A stretch of 64,000 nucleotides of DNA. Source: the human T2T-CHM13v2.0 reference genome, Homo sapiens. Location: the NCBI RefSeq assembly GCF_009914755.1, contig NC_060938.1. The stretch is one strand, 5' to 3'. The translations under genes and the position numbers were made by a program. The notes beneath the pieces were generated by a model. That model ran no database searches. It saw nothing but the letters and a program-made list of their open reading frames with translations, and was not told where the DNA came from. Shown in pieces: positions 51,039-63,985 of the stretch (positions within the stretch are counted from its first letter, which is position 1; each line of letters starts with the position of its first letter).

Positions 51039-53869
51039 AGGAAGTCTCACCAAGCTCCTTCTCCCAGCACAAAAGCGTGTCACTGGATTGCTGTGATTAT
51101 CTGAGGGAACTTCAAGGGTAATTATGGCCATTTACAGTACGCCTGAAAGGGCTGAGTGCCTCCAGGAACAGCAGGCAGTTGAGGAGGGGGGCCCAGGGTG
51201 TGCTTCCCAGGAAGGCTCTCTGCCTCTGCAGCTGGTGGGGGCATGCAGCAGGGACCCACCCAGCGATGCTGGTGAATGGACAGCCACTGGGGGTCAGGAA
51301 AGGGCTCCAGGAAGTCCCAGCCTCTGACCGCCCTCCTGGAAGAATACAAGCCCAGGCTCGGCGTGCACGATAAGGAAAACCCAGCGTGCAACATTTATGG
51401 CCCACCCACCCTACACTTCCTGCTGATCTAGAACCAAGCATGCGTTAGGGTTTGGTCAACAGCTCTCCCTGGACCTGTTGAGGACGGGGCCCTCTCCTGG
51501 AACACCCACAGCTCTCCCCTTATGGGTAGCTCCTAAACTTTCTAATCTCCCAGTGAACTAGGACACACCCTGCTTAAAATTCCTGACCTGATTCCTAACT
51601 GCCTCCAGGAGAGGCCCAATTCCAAGCCAGGCGAGCGGGCAACAGAGGTACCTCCTGGGCCTTCCTCTCACCATGTGACTTCCTACGGTCCACCTCATCA
51701 CCGGGTTCCTGCTCCTTGAACACACCGTGCACACACCCACCCTGAGCCCAGGCTCACCCTTGATCCCCAGCCCTGGGCTTCTACTCCTAAAAATCTAAGA
51801 TGGATGTGAAGACTCAATTAGGATGCTGGGGTCCTGCCATCGTGGTGGGAACAGCTGGAGCAGCTGCTGTTCCCGGGTGACCCAGTGGGCCGGTCCCATG
51901 CTAAGTGCTCTGCAGACATCATCCCAGGTATCCTGACCCCTGACCCCGTGGCTGAACCAGGTATCACCCATATCTTCCAGAACACCAGCAGAACTCAAAT
52001 GACTGATTTGTCCGAGACCACGTGGCTAACAAGAGCCCAGACAGGAACCCACATGCCAGAGCCTGTGCTTTTGGCTCCAAAAGGCCCTTCAGCGGCACCT
52101 CCTCGAATCCCACCCAAACCCATCACTCTTCGAATGGACTTGTCCGGGACATGAGATGTGGCTGCTGGTCTGCCACCTTCTTCTGCTAGCTGGGCCTTCT
52201 CATGTTCTAATACAGCCTCCTGCTCTTCACACAGGCAGTGTCCAACAAGCACACCTTCTGGAAAGAGGCTGATTCCCTTTCCCAAATTTTACCAAACCTT
52301 CACCCATGGCAGACTGAGATGAAGGTGACCCCAGGAGGGAACATACAGCTCTTTCTTCCCATCTGGGATTCTGGATGGATCCAGGAAGACAGTGCAAAGG
52401 GAGATGAAGTGCACAGCAGAGGCCAATCACTCCAGGCCTAGCAAATAAAGGCTGCTGGCATGTGCTAAGAAAGCCTGCCTACATGGGGCACCAGCATGAC
52501 ACCCCCATTCTCTGCACCCAGCGGTGTGTCAGGCATTCAGGGAAAGAGGCCTCGGGAGCCCTTCCAGGACAGCCAAATCCAGCAGCCAGCTCTTCTGCAG
52601 GGCACATTCCTCAGAGAGGGAACCGAGGACTCACCTACTCTCCAGGCCAGGGTCCTCAGTGGTACCCATTTCAGGTTCTTCTAGATCCAGGGCCCTCTGG
52701 CCATGGACATGAAAGTCAAGCTCAGGAATAGGGGCCGGGGAGCCTGAGTCAGACAGACCTGGCTGGATGCTGGCCCAGCCACCTGAATGCTGCGTGACGT
52801 GGCATGTCTGCTAACCTCTCAGAGCCTCTGGGATTCATCTGTAAAATGGGAAGGCTTATCATGCCCACTTCTAAGAGTACCAAAAGGGAGAATACAAGGA
52901 GAAGGCCTAACCCAAAGGCAGGAACACAACACATAGCCAATAAATGGTGGTCTCAGACTCCCATGCAGATGGTCTGCCTCTGGAGCTGTGAGCCAAATGG
53001 TACCCACTGGTCCCACCGGTCACCATCACAGGAAATTATGCCCAAGGCCAAGTCACCATCCAGGTCAGGGTTCAAGGCAGCCAGGTTAGGCCTCAATCAT
53101 GGTCTGTAGGGCAGGGAGCAGGGGCTGCCTCCTTGACCCCAGGATAAATCCTCACAAAGCCGGAGGGCCCAGGCCAAGCACTTTTCCTTAAAATTAAACA
53201 AGAGCTCTCAGCAGGGCACACTTGGACTAAGCAGTGAACTAGGAGGTTACTGTTAACATGAATCTCTCCACAAAGTCTTTCTCACATAAACACCTTGAGA
53301 ATGTGGCCTTGAGTTCTCTGGCTCTGCCTGCCCAAGGGGTGGGGAGGCGTCAGGGTGAGCCCTCAGGGACAGGAGCCTGCAGCTGGCAGGGGAGGCGCCG
53401 CAGTGAAGAGGGAGGCCCCTGCCCTCCAGAACAGAGTGGACCCATGAGGTCCAGCAGCCACATTACATCTCCACGTGTTTGATTAAAGGCCTTCAGTTTC
53501 TGTTTGTGTCCTCCGCGCAGTTACGTAACTCCACTTGCTTGCCTGCCACTGAGCTGTCTACACACACTCCTGCTCTCCAGCCACTGTGTTACCGGGACAC
53601 TTCAATGTCACCCATGGGTTCAACACAGCAAAACAAAACCCTCAGAGCCCCCTTCCGCAAGAGCACCCTGAGGCTTTTGTTTCCTCACTGCTGGTCACAG
53701 GAGAATGAAAGGACCTCCCCAGAATGACTGCACCATGGAATTCAAATGCTTCCTGCCCCAAAGTGCTTAAAAAGACAAGACCCCTCTGTCTCCACACCTC
53801 AGGCCGTGGCCACTTTGTGACCACAAAGGTGGCTGCCTGCCACGGATGTGGTGCCACACGTGTCCCTAC

Positions 53870-53987
53870 CTTCCATGTAGGCCTCAATCTTCCGGATGAG
53901 CTCATAGGACTTGGAGCGGTCAAGCAGGGTTCTGATGGCAGGGAGCGGGTCCAGGACGATGGTCTCAGGGTGGGCATCGATGTACTC
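53870..53987 (-). CDS. ITPK1: ITPK1 exon 5: EYIDAHPETIVLDPLPAIRTLLDRSKSYELIRKIEAYME(D)
   Basis: Acceptor CTTCCCTTTCAG|GAG, donor AAG|GTAGGG, 118 nt; lies inside ORF 53799..54002. Confidence 0.97.
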
Positions 53988-54786
53988 CTGAAAGGGAAGC
54001 ATGCTGCTCTGGTTAGAGCAGGGGTAGGGCCAGGTAGCAACTCACCCCTCGCGCCCTCTGCACGTCCATCCGTTCCTGTCCTATCCTCCAGCCCTAGCTT
54101 TGGTGGAGGGTGGTGCATTCCAGCACTGGGACATTTCGAGCAGTCACCTGGAGATCTGAGAGAGAGGCTTGACTAGGCCAAACTCAGAAATAGAGCACCA
54201 CACAGAAGACAGAGAGGAAACTGCAACCAGGCTCAGGGCAGGCCGCCTGACTCCAGATAAAACCTCACCCGGAAGCAGATCCACTCCAGGCACTGGCTCC
54301 TCTGGGAGTGGCGGCCCCATGCCCCGCACTGATAAGGACTCTGAGGCAGGGGCGGGAGAGTGGGATGAGGCCAGGAGTCATCAGAGGGTCTGCGGGAAGG
54401 TGTGGTGGAGAGAAACACGCCACAGGGTGGGCACCAGCCACCCAACACTCCTCAAGTACTCCACTTCTGTACCTACTAGCTTTGGGGTAGGCACGAAGGA
54501 AATGCAAGAGAAACCGTGACAAAAACCAGTCTCTAAGGAACTTACTATCTTCTTAGGGGAATAACCCTAACTTACATGGGGGGAAGACACTGCTGTCCAG
54601 AACAGAACTCAATAAAATAATGGGCAGAACCCCACGCCACCCAGGTGGGCCAGACCAACCCGAGCTGACATAGCGAAGGAGCCCACCCTTGCTCCCAACC
54701 TCCATGATTCTAAGGACAAAACTGGAATGCTGGTGTGATGTGGGGGTCTCAGGGAAAAAGCTGGCCTGAAGAAGGCCTCAACCAGC

Positions 54787-55228
54787 TGCTGCGGGTTGAA
54801 TTGTGTCCTCTCAAGTCTTAACCCTTCAGCATTTGTGAACGTGGCCTTATTTATAAGGAAACAGGGTCTTTGTGGATGGAACAGAGTTAGGACTCCATAT
54901 GGGTGGACCACACCATATGGGTGGGCCTGAATCCCCTGGCTGGATTTCTTAGGAGAGAAATCTGAACACAGACGCAGGGAGGAGGCCGTGTGGAGACAGA
55001 CAACTGCAGTGACACACCTACAAGCCAAGGAGGGTGGAAGGTGCCCACCACCACCACCACTGGGAGCCGGGAGAGGGGCAGGGAAGCTTCGCCCTCAGGG
55101 CCTCCGGAGGGAGCCACTGCTGACGCCCTGACTGGAGCTGTTGGCCCCCTGGGCTGGGAGATTCCTGCAGCGTTAAAAGCCTCCCTGTTTGTGATACTTG
55201 GTTGTGAGAGCCGGGGGCAGCAGACATG
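54787..55228 (+). mobile_element. MLT1C-type MaLR LTR
   Basis: gggttgaattgtgtcc...gtggccttattt...aaacagggtctttgtggatg...ctacaagccaaggag...ccctcagggcctccggaggga. Confidence 0.72.
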
Positions 55229-56089
55229 CCAGCGTGATTCCTCCGCCCAGCCAGCCCCCCTGCCCTCTGCTCACCCACTCCACAGCCCGTCAGTGAGGCC
55301 TGCACAGGCTGGGGAAACACACCCCAGTGCTGCCTTCCTAGTGAGCCTTATGGACAGAGAGAAAGAGCCATTTGGAATTATTTTTCTTAAGTGAACTTAT
55401 TTTGGTCCTAGTGACCACTTGTTAAGCCAAAAGCCACTTTTAACACAAAAACCAGAGACTCATATTCCCACTTCTGCTCTGAAATCAGCCTCTCCTTGGA
55501 TTTCGCGGCAGAGTATCTGGCCCTGGGCTCCTTTCTGTCTGAATGTTTAAAGACTTCCTCTGGCCTCAGTGGTGGCCGGCGTAACCTAGGGGAGGCCTCG
55601 CATTCCAGTCCTCACGCCTGTGACTCTCCTCACCCCTTAGCCATCCTCTCCCTGCACATAAGTGCGAGGACCTAGATGCGGGGCAGAACCCTCCAGCCGT
55701 CAGCAAGCCATTTGGCCACCAACCCACTGCCTGTAGACAGTGAACCAGGCACTGATGCGGGAGAGCCCAAGTCTGCCGCCCACATGGAGCCTGGGGACTA
55801 ACCGAGGAGTCTCCTTAAGGAAGGTTTTATCTAGAGCTGCCCTGGGGCCAAGCAGCCACACCCAGTGCCTCTCTCCTGACAGTCTCAGCCTCACCCAAGC
55901 ACCTACACCTGATCCCTCGTCTCATTTGGGAGCTCTCCATGGGCAACTACCCCTCTTGGCACCATTCCGTCATCAGAGCTTGTTCTTTTAAATGCAGTCC
56001 ATGCTTCCAAGAGAGCAGGTCATGCATGAGGCCCTCCCCGCCGAGACTCACACATATGTATGAAATCATATTCACAGCCCAACATTAAT

Positions 56090-56260
56090 AGCTGGGTGCA
56101 GTGGCACAAGCCCCTAGTCCCAGCTCCTTGGGAGGCTGAGGTGGGAGGATCACTCAGGCCCAGGAGATTGAGGCTGCAGCAATGCACAATGGTGCCACTG
56201 CACTCCAGCCTTGGCAATAGAGTAAGACCCTGTCTCCAAAAAAAATAAAGAAAAATAAAT
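56090..56260 (+). mobile_element. Alu monomer (FRAM or AluJ right arm)
   Basis: Single arm with A tail; TSD caacattaa on both sides. Confidence 0.82.
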
Positions 56261-56286
56261 GTCAACATTAAAAGGTCATCCACTCA

Positions 56287-56576
56287 GCTAGAAACCATCA
56301 CTCTGAGCAAACTATTGCGAGGACAGAAAACCAAACACTGCATGTTCTCACTCATAGGTGGGAATTGAACAATGAGAACACTTGGACACAGGGTGGGGAA
56401 TATCACACACCGGGGCCTGTCGCGGGGTGGGGGGAGGGGGAGGGATAGCACTGGGAGATATACCTAATGTAAATGACGAGTTAACGGATGCAGCACACCA
56501 ACATGGCACATGTATACATAGGTAACAAACCTGCACGTTGTGCACATGTACCCTAGAACTTAAATTTAAAAAAAAA
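56287..56576 (+). mobile_element. 5'-truncated primate L1PA (PA4/5-like) 3' end with 17-bp TSD
   Basis: catgttctcactcataggtgggaattgaacaatgagaacac...gtgcacatgtaccctagaacttaaa plus A tail. TSD aaaaggtcatccactca at 56270-56286 and 56577-56593. Confidence 0.95.
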
Positions 56577-56779
56577 AAAAGGTCATCCACTCAAGAGACT
56601 TCACATCACTGACAGTGCTCAGGGCATTATGTGGGGTGCAGCAGATACTCAGATGATCAAAAGCCTTCTCCGCTTCACCCCGCCAGATCTATAGTCCTGG
56701 CTAGCAAGTTCATGTCCTCGGTTATGAGCTAAAGGCACTTGGCTGTCCTCACTCCCTTCCCCTAAACACACCAGGAAGC

Positions 56780-57010
56780 AGCCTGGTGTAGTGGGAAGGC
56801 TATGTGACCTAGAGTCAAGAAACCCAGGCGCCCGATGTCGTCACCTCTCAGAGTCACCTTTGGGCAAGTCACTTGGCTTCTCAGAGTCTCAGTCTCCTCA
56901 TCTGTGACATGAAGAATACTCCAGATGCCCTTAGGGTCTCTGTAAAGATGGCCTCTGGTTCCAAGGGTGTAAACAGACTGAGAAAATGGAGAGTGTATTT
57001 GTAAAGGTAA
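56780..57010 (+). mobile_element. MIR SINE
   Basis: gcagcctggtgtagtgggaagg...accttttgggcaagtcacttggcttctcagagtctcagtctcctcatctgtga-like core. Confidence 0.65.
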
Positions 57011-59737
57011 ACTTGAAGGCTGCACAGGGGAGCCATTCTAGAACGGGATGGACCACCAGCTAGAGGCATTCCAGGTAACGGGAGGGCCACCCACGCATTC
57101 GCTGCCTTCCTTCCAAAAGGGGGCCAACAGCCGAGCACGTGGATGGGATGACCCAATTCTCCCTCAGCAACCGAGGCCACTTAGAACACAGATGTGCTCC
57201 TTCCTCCCCTCGAAGTCCCAAGAAAAGTCTCCGCTCAGCTCTGAATAAATGAGGGCGATTCTGATTCCATGTTTATGCGTTAGGACAGTGACCTTTAAAG
57301 AGAGAACTCAGATTCATTAAGACATGAAGTTAAGCCAAACTCATGAGGGAAAGCGGCTACATGAAACCAAAGGGGAAAACATCTGACAAGCAGGCGTCAA
57401 CTAGCTTTTGACTGGGGATGAAAGCATCAGCATTAACAGAAGAATTCTTCCTAAACACGATCTCTTCTGGGATGGGAACAGAGAGGGCAAAGAATTTTTC
57501 CAGTCACCTCACTATCCACAAGCGGACTTTGTGCCAAGCTTTCCAGCTTACCTATTATACTGAGGGCCTCGTGTATTTTTCACAAGTCTCTTAGAATTAC
57601 CAATCTGCTGGGTGGGTGAGCTTCCGTACCATTTTATCACCACTCAGAGGAAGAAGGGCAGCGCCGTCTCCATGGCAAATTGTAAGCACATGTTCCCTCG
57701 CAGGGCCTGCCAGCTAAAGGACACCAAGAGTGGGATCCTGGAGCTAACAAGGGCAGCCTGGCTCTAGGCAGAAACATTCAGCCCCTGCCAGGATGAGGGC
57801 TGGAACACACCTGGGGCAGAGCGTCACGGTGCCCACCTACAGCGCAAGCTCTCTCAGGGTTTTCAGAGGCCCCAAGCCCATGGAATGATGCCAACAGAGA
57901 CAACTGGCCCTTTGCTAAGCTGCCACTGAGAATCTGAGCAGAATGAGATGAACGTCAGAGATACTCTTTCCTCCTCGATCCTCACAGGCAGGAAATGAGC
58001 AGGGAGTGAGACACAGGGATTTGCTCCTTCTAATGGAAAATGCTGTCAGAGTCCTGAGTCCAGATTCTGCCTCTGACATTGATTCTGTGTCTGGAGTTAA
58101 CCCTCTGAGACTCATCCTGGGTAAGGTCCATTCTGAATAAAGCCTACCGGAGGCAGCTGCTGTGGGCATCATGGAGATCATGGATGCAAAAGGAGTTTGT
58201 AGACACAAAAATGAAAGGATTCTCATTACCCTGCAACACCTGGGCTCCTAGGGCTAAACCTGACGCAAGGTTTCTGGGCTCACCCTGCCTTGCCCTGTGC
58301 AGCCGACCCCAGAGGAGCCAGCTGTGCCCATGGAAGGGGGCTGTGGTTCTGGCCCATGCCCACCCTCCTGCTGATGCCTGGGGTGCAACACAACCTCCCA
58401 ACCCCACCGGCAGCCCAGGCTCCAGGCAGCGACCTTCCAAGGGATTCGTTTTTCAGAGATGCAACTCAAAAAGGACTCACAGATTAAATAGGAATCTGGG
58501 ATGTGTTTCAAAACAATCCGGGTTGGGGGCAGGGACAGAAGTAGGTGAGGGACGGATGAAATGAGAGTGGCTGCAGCTGCTGACGCATGAGGCTGGGAGG
58601 TGGCACCTGGGAGCACGTTGCGGCATTCTCTCTTCTCAAATATTTTTAATTTCCCATAACACAAAGTTTGGGGGGAAATGGGAGGCAGGTAATCAGATCT
58701 TCCCCTTCTACCCTGCACCCCTAAGTGTGCCAGAAATGGATTCAAACACCAATACTATCTTTCAAGAAGAAATAAGAGCCAGCTACCCAGATGGGAAAGA
58801 CAACGAGAGATTAATTATAGTAAGGATAATAATAATAAATAAAAATGATCATCATCAGTAATCATTTAAAAATAAAGGCAGTGGCCACTTACCTGGGACT
58901 TGCTATATGCACACTGCTTCTTTCAATATAAAAACGCTATTGGGTAAAAGCCCAAACTATAAAACTTTTAGAAGAAAACACGGTCATAAATCTTCGTGAC
59001 CTTGGATTAAACAACAGTTTCTTAAATGTGACCCCAAAAGCACAAGACAGAAAAAGAAACAGATAAAGTGGACATCATGGAAACTGGAAACCTCTGTGAG
59101 TTCCAGCCCCCATCTGCCCTAGGCCTGTGCTCTGAGGAGAGCCTGTGCGTGACCCGCCTGGCAGAGGCCCAGGGGCCCGGACTGACCCCTAAGCCAGCAG
59201 GGACGGCTGCGCACAAGGCAAGTCCTGGCAGGTCTCGCAGCACCTTCCCGTATTTGCGGGTCCCCCACAGCACAGAGAGGGTGGCAGGGTTTCTCCCCAT
59301 TTTTCTCAGGACCCTGAGACTCTGAGAGGTTTTGGTCAGAGACAAAGTCCCGGGCTCCGGCCCTGCCCGTCCTAACAGCTTGCTCCTTCCTTCACTCAGG
59401 ACCCAGGGGCTGAAATTCTGCCCACTGGGCTGCATGGCCTGAGCGCCGAGCGGGTACCATGGCAGGGCTGGGAAGGTCCTGCTCCACACGCTGCTTAGGA
59501 AATCTCTCCTCCAGTGGGTGGGGAGGCTGGAAGGGAGGAAAAGACCCCACACAGAGCCTGGAAACCCCTCCTCCTTGCTGGGCCTCAGCTCCCTTCTCTG
59601 TAGAGTGAGGGCTGATGGCATGAAGGGACTGCATGCCAGGGAGCTGGAGGCCGCCAGGCCCAGTTAACTGGGCCTTCCTCATTGTAAGCCCGGGCCTCAC
59701 CTGTAAATGGAGATTGTACTTGTTCCTACCTCATAGG

Positions 59738-60250
59738 ATTTTTATTAAAAACAGCCTGATTGAGATATCATTCACATACGATGCAATTTACCCCAAAGCA
59801 AGGGCTTTTGGAATATTAACAGGGTTGTGCAACGATCAGCTCAATTTTAGAACGTTTTCATCCCATCCGAAGGAAATCCCATTCCCTTTCACTCTCAGCC
59901 CCAAGTCCCAGCCTCTGGCAACCACACATCTACTTTCTGTCTGGGTAGATCTGCCTATTCTGGGCATTTCCTTCAAGCGAAGCCATGTGATGTGTGGTCC
60001 TTCATGACAGGCTCCTTTTGCTCACATCGTGTTTTAAAATGCATCCATGTTGCAGCGTGCGGCAGTGCTTTGTTCTTCTTTAAGATGAAATAGTACTTCA
60101 CGGCATGGTGTAGTGTATTTTGTTTATCCATTCATCATTGGAAGGAATTTGGGTTGTTTCCACTTTTTGGCTGTTAGGAGCAATGCCGCTGTGAACATAC
60201 GTGTATAAATTTTTGTGTCAACATACGTTTTCACTTCTCTTGGGTGTATA
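59738..60250 (-). mobile_element. L1MB-type 3' end, sense to ITPK1
   Basis: ttgagatatcattcacatac...ctggcaaccac...tttgggttgtttccactttttggct...ttctcttgggtgtata. Confidence 0.82.
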
Positions 60251-60687
60251 AATTGAAATGAAAATACAAAAGACCCCAGGATTTGGCTCCTCAGGCATGG
60301 ATGTTTTAAATCATAGTCATAATGATCCACCACAGTATACAAGTGTAGCACTTTTCTGGTTCAACAAGGGCAGTGACACAAAATATTGCATTTGATTCTC
60401 AGAGCAGCCCCATGGTTTACAGAGCAAAACGTCTCTGTTTTTATTCCCATTTTATAAATAAAGAAACCAAGTTTCTGAGAGGCAATGTGACTGGCTCAAG
60501 GTCAAACACAACCAGCTGGGGGGCTTTGCCAGGATTCAAAATCAGCCATTCCAGTGTCAAACGCCAGGCCACTGCAGTGCACCTGGTCACCTACAGAAAC
60601 AGGCTCTGTGACTGAACTGTTGTGCATCTCCAGAAAGGCTAGGGAGCACCTGAAAGCTAAACGTTAGTGAACTCGACATATCACTGT

Positions 60688-60987
60688 GGCTCGCGGTGGC
60701 TTGCGCCTGTAATCCCAGCACTTTGGGAGGCTGAGGCAGGTGGATCACCTGAGGTCAGGAGTTTGAAACCAGACTGGCCAACATAGCAAAACCCCCCGCA
60801 AAAATACAAAAATTGCCGTGCATGGTGGTGCACACCTGTAATCCCAGCTACTCAGGAGGCTGAGGCAGGAGAATCACTTGAACTTGGGAGGCAGAGGTTG
60901 CAATGAGCTGAGATTGCACCACTCCACTTCACTCCAGCCTGAGAGATAAAGTGAGACTCCAACTAAAAAAAAAAAAAAAAAAAAAAA
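60688..60987 (+). mobile_element. AluS SINE
   Basis: Dimer with a long A tail at 60965-60987. Confidence 0.92.
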
Positions 60988-61316
60988 GGCTGGGCACGGT
61001 GGCTCACGCCTGTAATCCCACCACTTTGGGAGGCTGACGCGGGAGTATCACAAGGTCAGGAGTTCAAAACCAGCCAGTTAGAGACCAGCCTGGCCAACAT
61101 GGTGAAACCCCGTCTCTATTAAAAACACAAAAATTAGCCGGGCATGGTGGTGGGCGCCTGTAATCCCAGCTACTCAGGAGGCTGAGGCAGGAGAATCGCT
61201 TGTACCTGGGAGGCAGAGGTTGCATGAGCTGAGATTGTGCCACTGCACTCCAGCCTGGGTGACAGAGCAAGAATCTGTCTCAGGAAAAACAAACAAACAA
61301 ACAAACAAACAAAAAA
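60988..61316 (+). mobile_element. AluS SINE, head-to-tail with the preceding Alu
   Basis: Starts ggctgggcacggtggctcac directly after the A tail; (aaac)n tail. Confidence 0.92.
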
Positions 61317-62061
61317 CGGCAAGCACAGGCCTGAAAGTCAGCGTGGGCCTGCCTGGAGTTTGCTTCTCGGGACTCCAGCTTTCCACGTGGAATAGATCAA
61401 GCATCAGAGGGGGCACAATTCCGTCACCTCCCCCATGGCCACAGCAGCATCAGCTGGGGATGACAACAGCCTCCTGTACTGAACCCAACAGGATTCTAGA
61501 ATCCTGATCACCACCTGGCTCCAGAAGGAGATAGGTGTCAGCACCAAGGCGAACCCAGCGTGCCACACCCAGAGGAAACTTCCCAGCCGACTCTAGGATC
61601 CACTGCATCAGGGCCTGTGTGTTCAGTTAACACTCAGCTACCCCACTAACACCAGTGATTCTACCCTTGACAGAAGAACTGAAATTACTTCCTTATGGCT
61701 GTTAAAAGTACTCACAGGGGCTTTCATGGGAAAGGAAGCGACCCTGGGCTCACTCAGCACAATTTCACTCCCCTGGCTCCTCCTGAGAGCACAGCCAGGC
61801 CCAGCTGAGGGCCACAAGGCCTGGCCTTTCCACCAGCTCCTCCGTACCCAGCGCCGGGTGAAACCCTGGAAGTCTCTGGTTCCTGAAGCCTTGGCATCTT
61901 GACGGGGGTCCTGCCAAGATTCCAGGGTGAGTTATAAACATGCTCACCACGCACGGGTCACAGACCTATACACCTTGCAGGAATGGACATGTTTCCCCCT
62001 CAAAACAACCCTATGTAGATCCCGTTAGCAGCCTCATTTGACAATCAAAGAAACTAGGCCT

Positions 62062-62360
62062 GGCCAGGTGTGGTGGCTCACGTCTGTAATTCCAGCATTC
62101 TGTGAGGCCAAGGCAAGTGGACTGCTTGAGTCTGAGAGTTCAAGACCAGCCTGGGCAACATAGCAAGACCCTGTCTCTACAAAAAATTAAAAATTAGCCA
62201 GGCATGGTGGTGCGCACCTACTCAGGAGGCTGAGGTGGGAGAATCACTTGAGCCAGGAAGGTCGGGGCTCCAGTGAGCAGTAATCACGACATTGCACTCA
62301 GCCGGGGCATTACAGTGAGACCCTGTCTCAAAATAAAATAAGAAGAAAAAAGAAAACAAA
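62062..62360 (+). mobile_element. AluJ SINE
   Basis: ggccaggtgtggtggctcac...cctgggcaacatagcaagaccctgtctctac, with an A-rich tail. Confidence 0.9.
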
Positions 62361-63789
62361 GTAGGGCTCAAAGCACCTAGTAGGTGGCCAGGGCTCTCCC
62401 TGCGAGCAGTGGCCAAGATGGAGTCTGAACCCAGGGCCTCTGGCTCCAGAGCCCTCCAGTCAAAGACCCAAGGCATGGAAGGCCTGGCGAAATGAAAAGC
62501 ATCTCAACTCTAACTAGGGCCAGGGTTGCTCTGGGGCATTTCAGGAAAAAGGGAAGCCTTTCTCATGTTCACTACCCCAAGGCGAGGCCACCAGCCTGAC
62601 AGTCCAGGGAGGCCGGGTGTGTTCCATTTGGGGTCTGCATGAGGTAGAGCATCCAAGAAAAAAAATAGTAGATCCAGTTTGCGATTTCCTTTCCCAGAGG
62701 GAAAGGCAAAGATGGTCAGAACTAGCAAAACCCAGATGGACCCTTCATCCAGCCCCCATCTTTTTGGAAAGGGGAAAGGCAGTGGTAGCGAGGCCAAGGT
62801 CGCAAGGGAGAGTGGCAGAGCTGAGACTGCAGCTCCCTTTCCACTGTTCCTCCCAACCCATGGTCCTCACTGGTTGTTTGTTCTCTCAAAGCCACAGCTG
62901 GACCAGAGGCTCTGCATCTCTTCCCAGCCCTGGAGCAAGACAGATGAAAGCAAATGAAGACACACACCCCTTAGGACAGTAAATACATGACATAACTGAA
63001 GGCCACAGTCCACAGGGCCTCTGTGAGGAGGGTCCGCGTGGCGCAGGGGGAAGAGCGTGTCAGGGCCAGCACTGCACTTATGCACAGGAGGGCTCCCAAG
63101 GCAGCTGCTGAATGGAGTGGCCCCTGCAGGGGGAGGACTAACAGACATAACAGTGTCAAGAGCAGTTGTACTTTCGAAGGCAGAAAGTGTGGTTCTGCAG
63201 AAAGCAAAGCCTCTCCCTGGGAGGTCAGGTCACATGGGGAGGGGGTGGGGCCAGGCCAAGCAATGCTTTCTGGGAAGGACAAGTAATGAACCCTCTTGGC
63301 AGACCACTGCAACCGTGAAACCAACCCCTGTTGATTAACTTGTCATCAACCAAGGCCAGCCGAACATCCCCCAGAAGAAGTCTTCCTGGCACCTCCCAGA
63401 ACACCTGCCTGTTGATTACAGCTTACAGAAAACCACATGCCACAGATAGTCCTGGGAAATCCACACTAGGCCTAGGTGCAACAGAATGTGCCAGGTGGCC
63501 AGGCTGGCATAGGGTTGGAGTTGGAGATGCATGCAGGTAAACCTTGGAGGTGGGCTCTCAAGAGCCAAAAGGAGGTTGCAGCAGCATCCACTGTACGCTG
63601 GGACAGGACCACCAAGCCTAGCTACCCAGGGTGCCATTCACAAAGCCTACCACTGGGCTGGGCAGCGTGCAACCTATGTAACAGTCCTGACAGTCAGCCA
63701 AGGCTTCTGCCTGCCCATCACTGTCAGATAATCTTTTGCAGCCCAGCTACACCTGGCTAACTTAACCCGAGCGCGTGGGTCCTGGGGCA

Positions 63790-63985
63790 CTGTGCAAGTT
63801 GAAACAAATGCAGAGTCAAGAAACTTGGGTTACAAGTCCTAGAACTGCCATTCACTTTATGTGTGTTTCTGAAAGTCACTTAAGTTATCTGTATCTCAGT
63901 TTCCCATCTGTAAGATGTGTGGGCTAGAATAATTCATTTATAACATCCTTTCTGCCTCTTAAGTTCTAGATTATTTGATTCTGTG
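63790..63985 (+). mobile_element. MIR SINE
   Basis: gagtcaagaaacttgggtt...aagtcacttaag...tctcagtttcccatctgtaagatg. Confidence 0.65.

Noticed and set aside
53985-53990. NAGNAG acceptor CAG-GAG at exon 5
   Set aside because: A distal GAG is very rarely used as a 3' splice site.
59022-59621. 199-aa minus-strand ORF
   Set aside because: Begins in MIR-like and ends in L1-like sequence, with no domain resemblance and no convincing splice or Kozak support.
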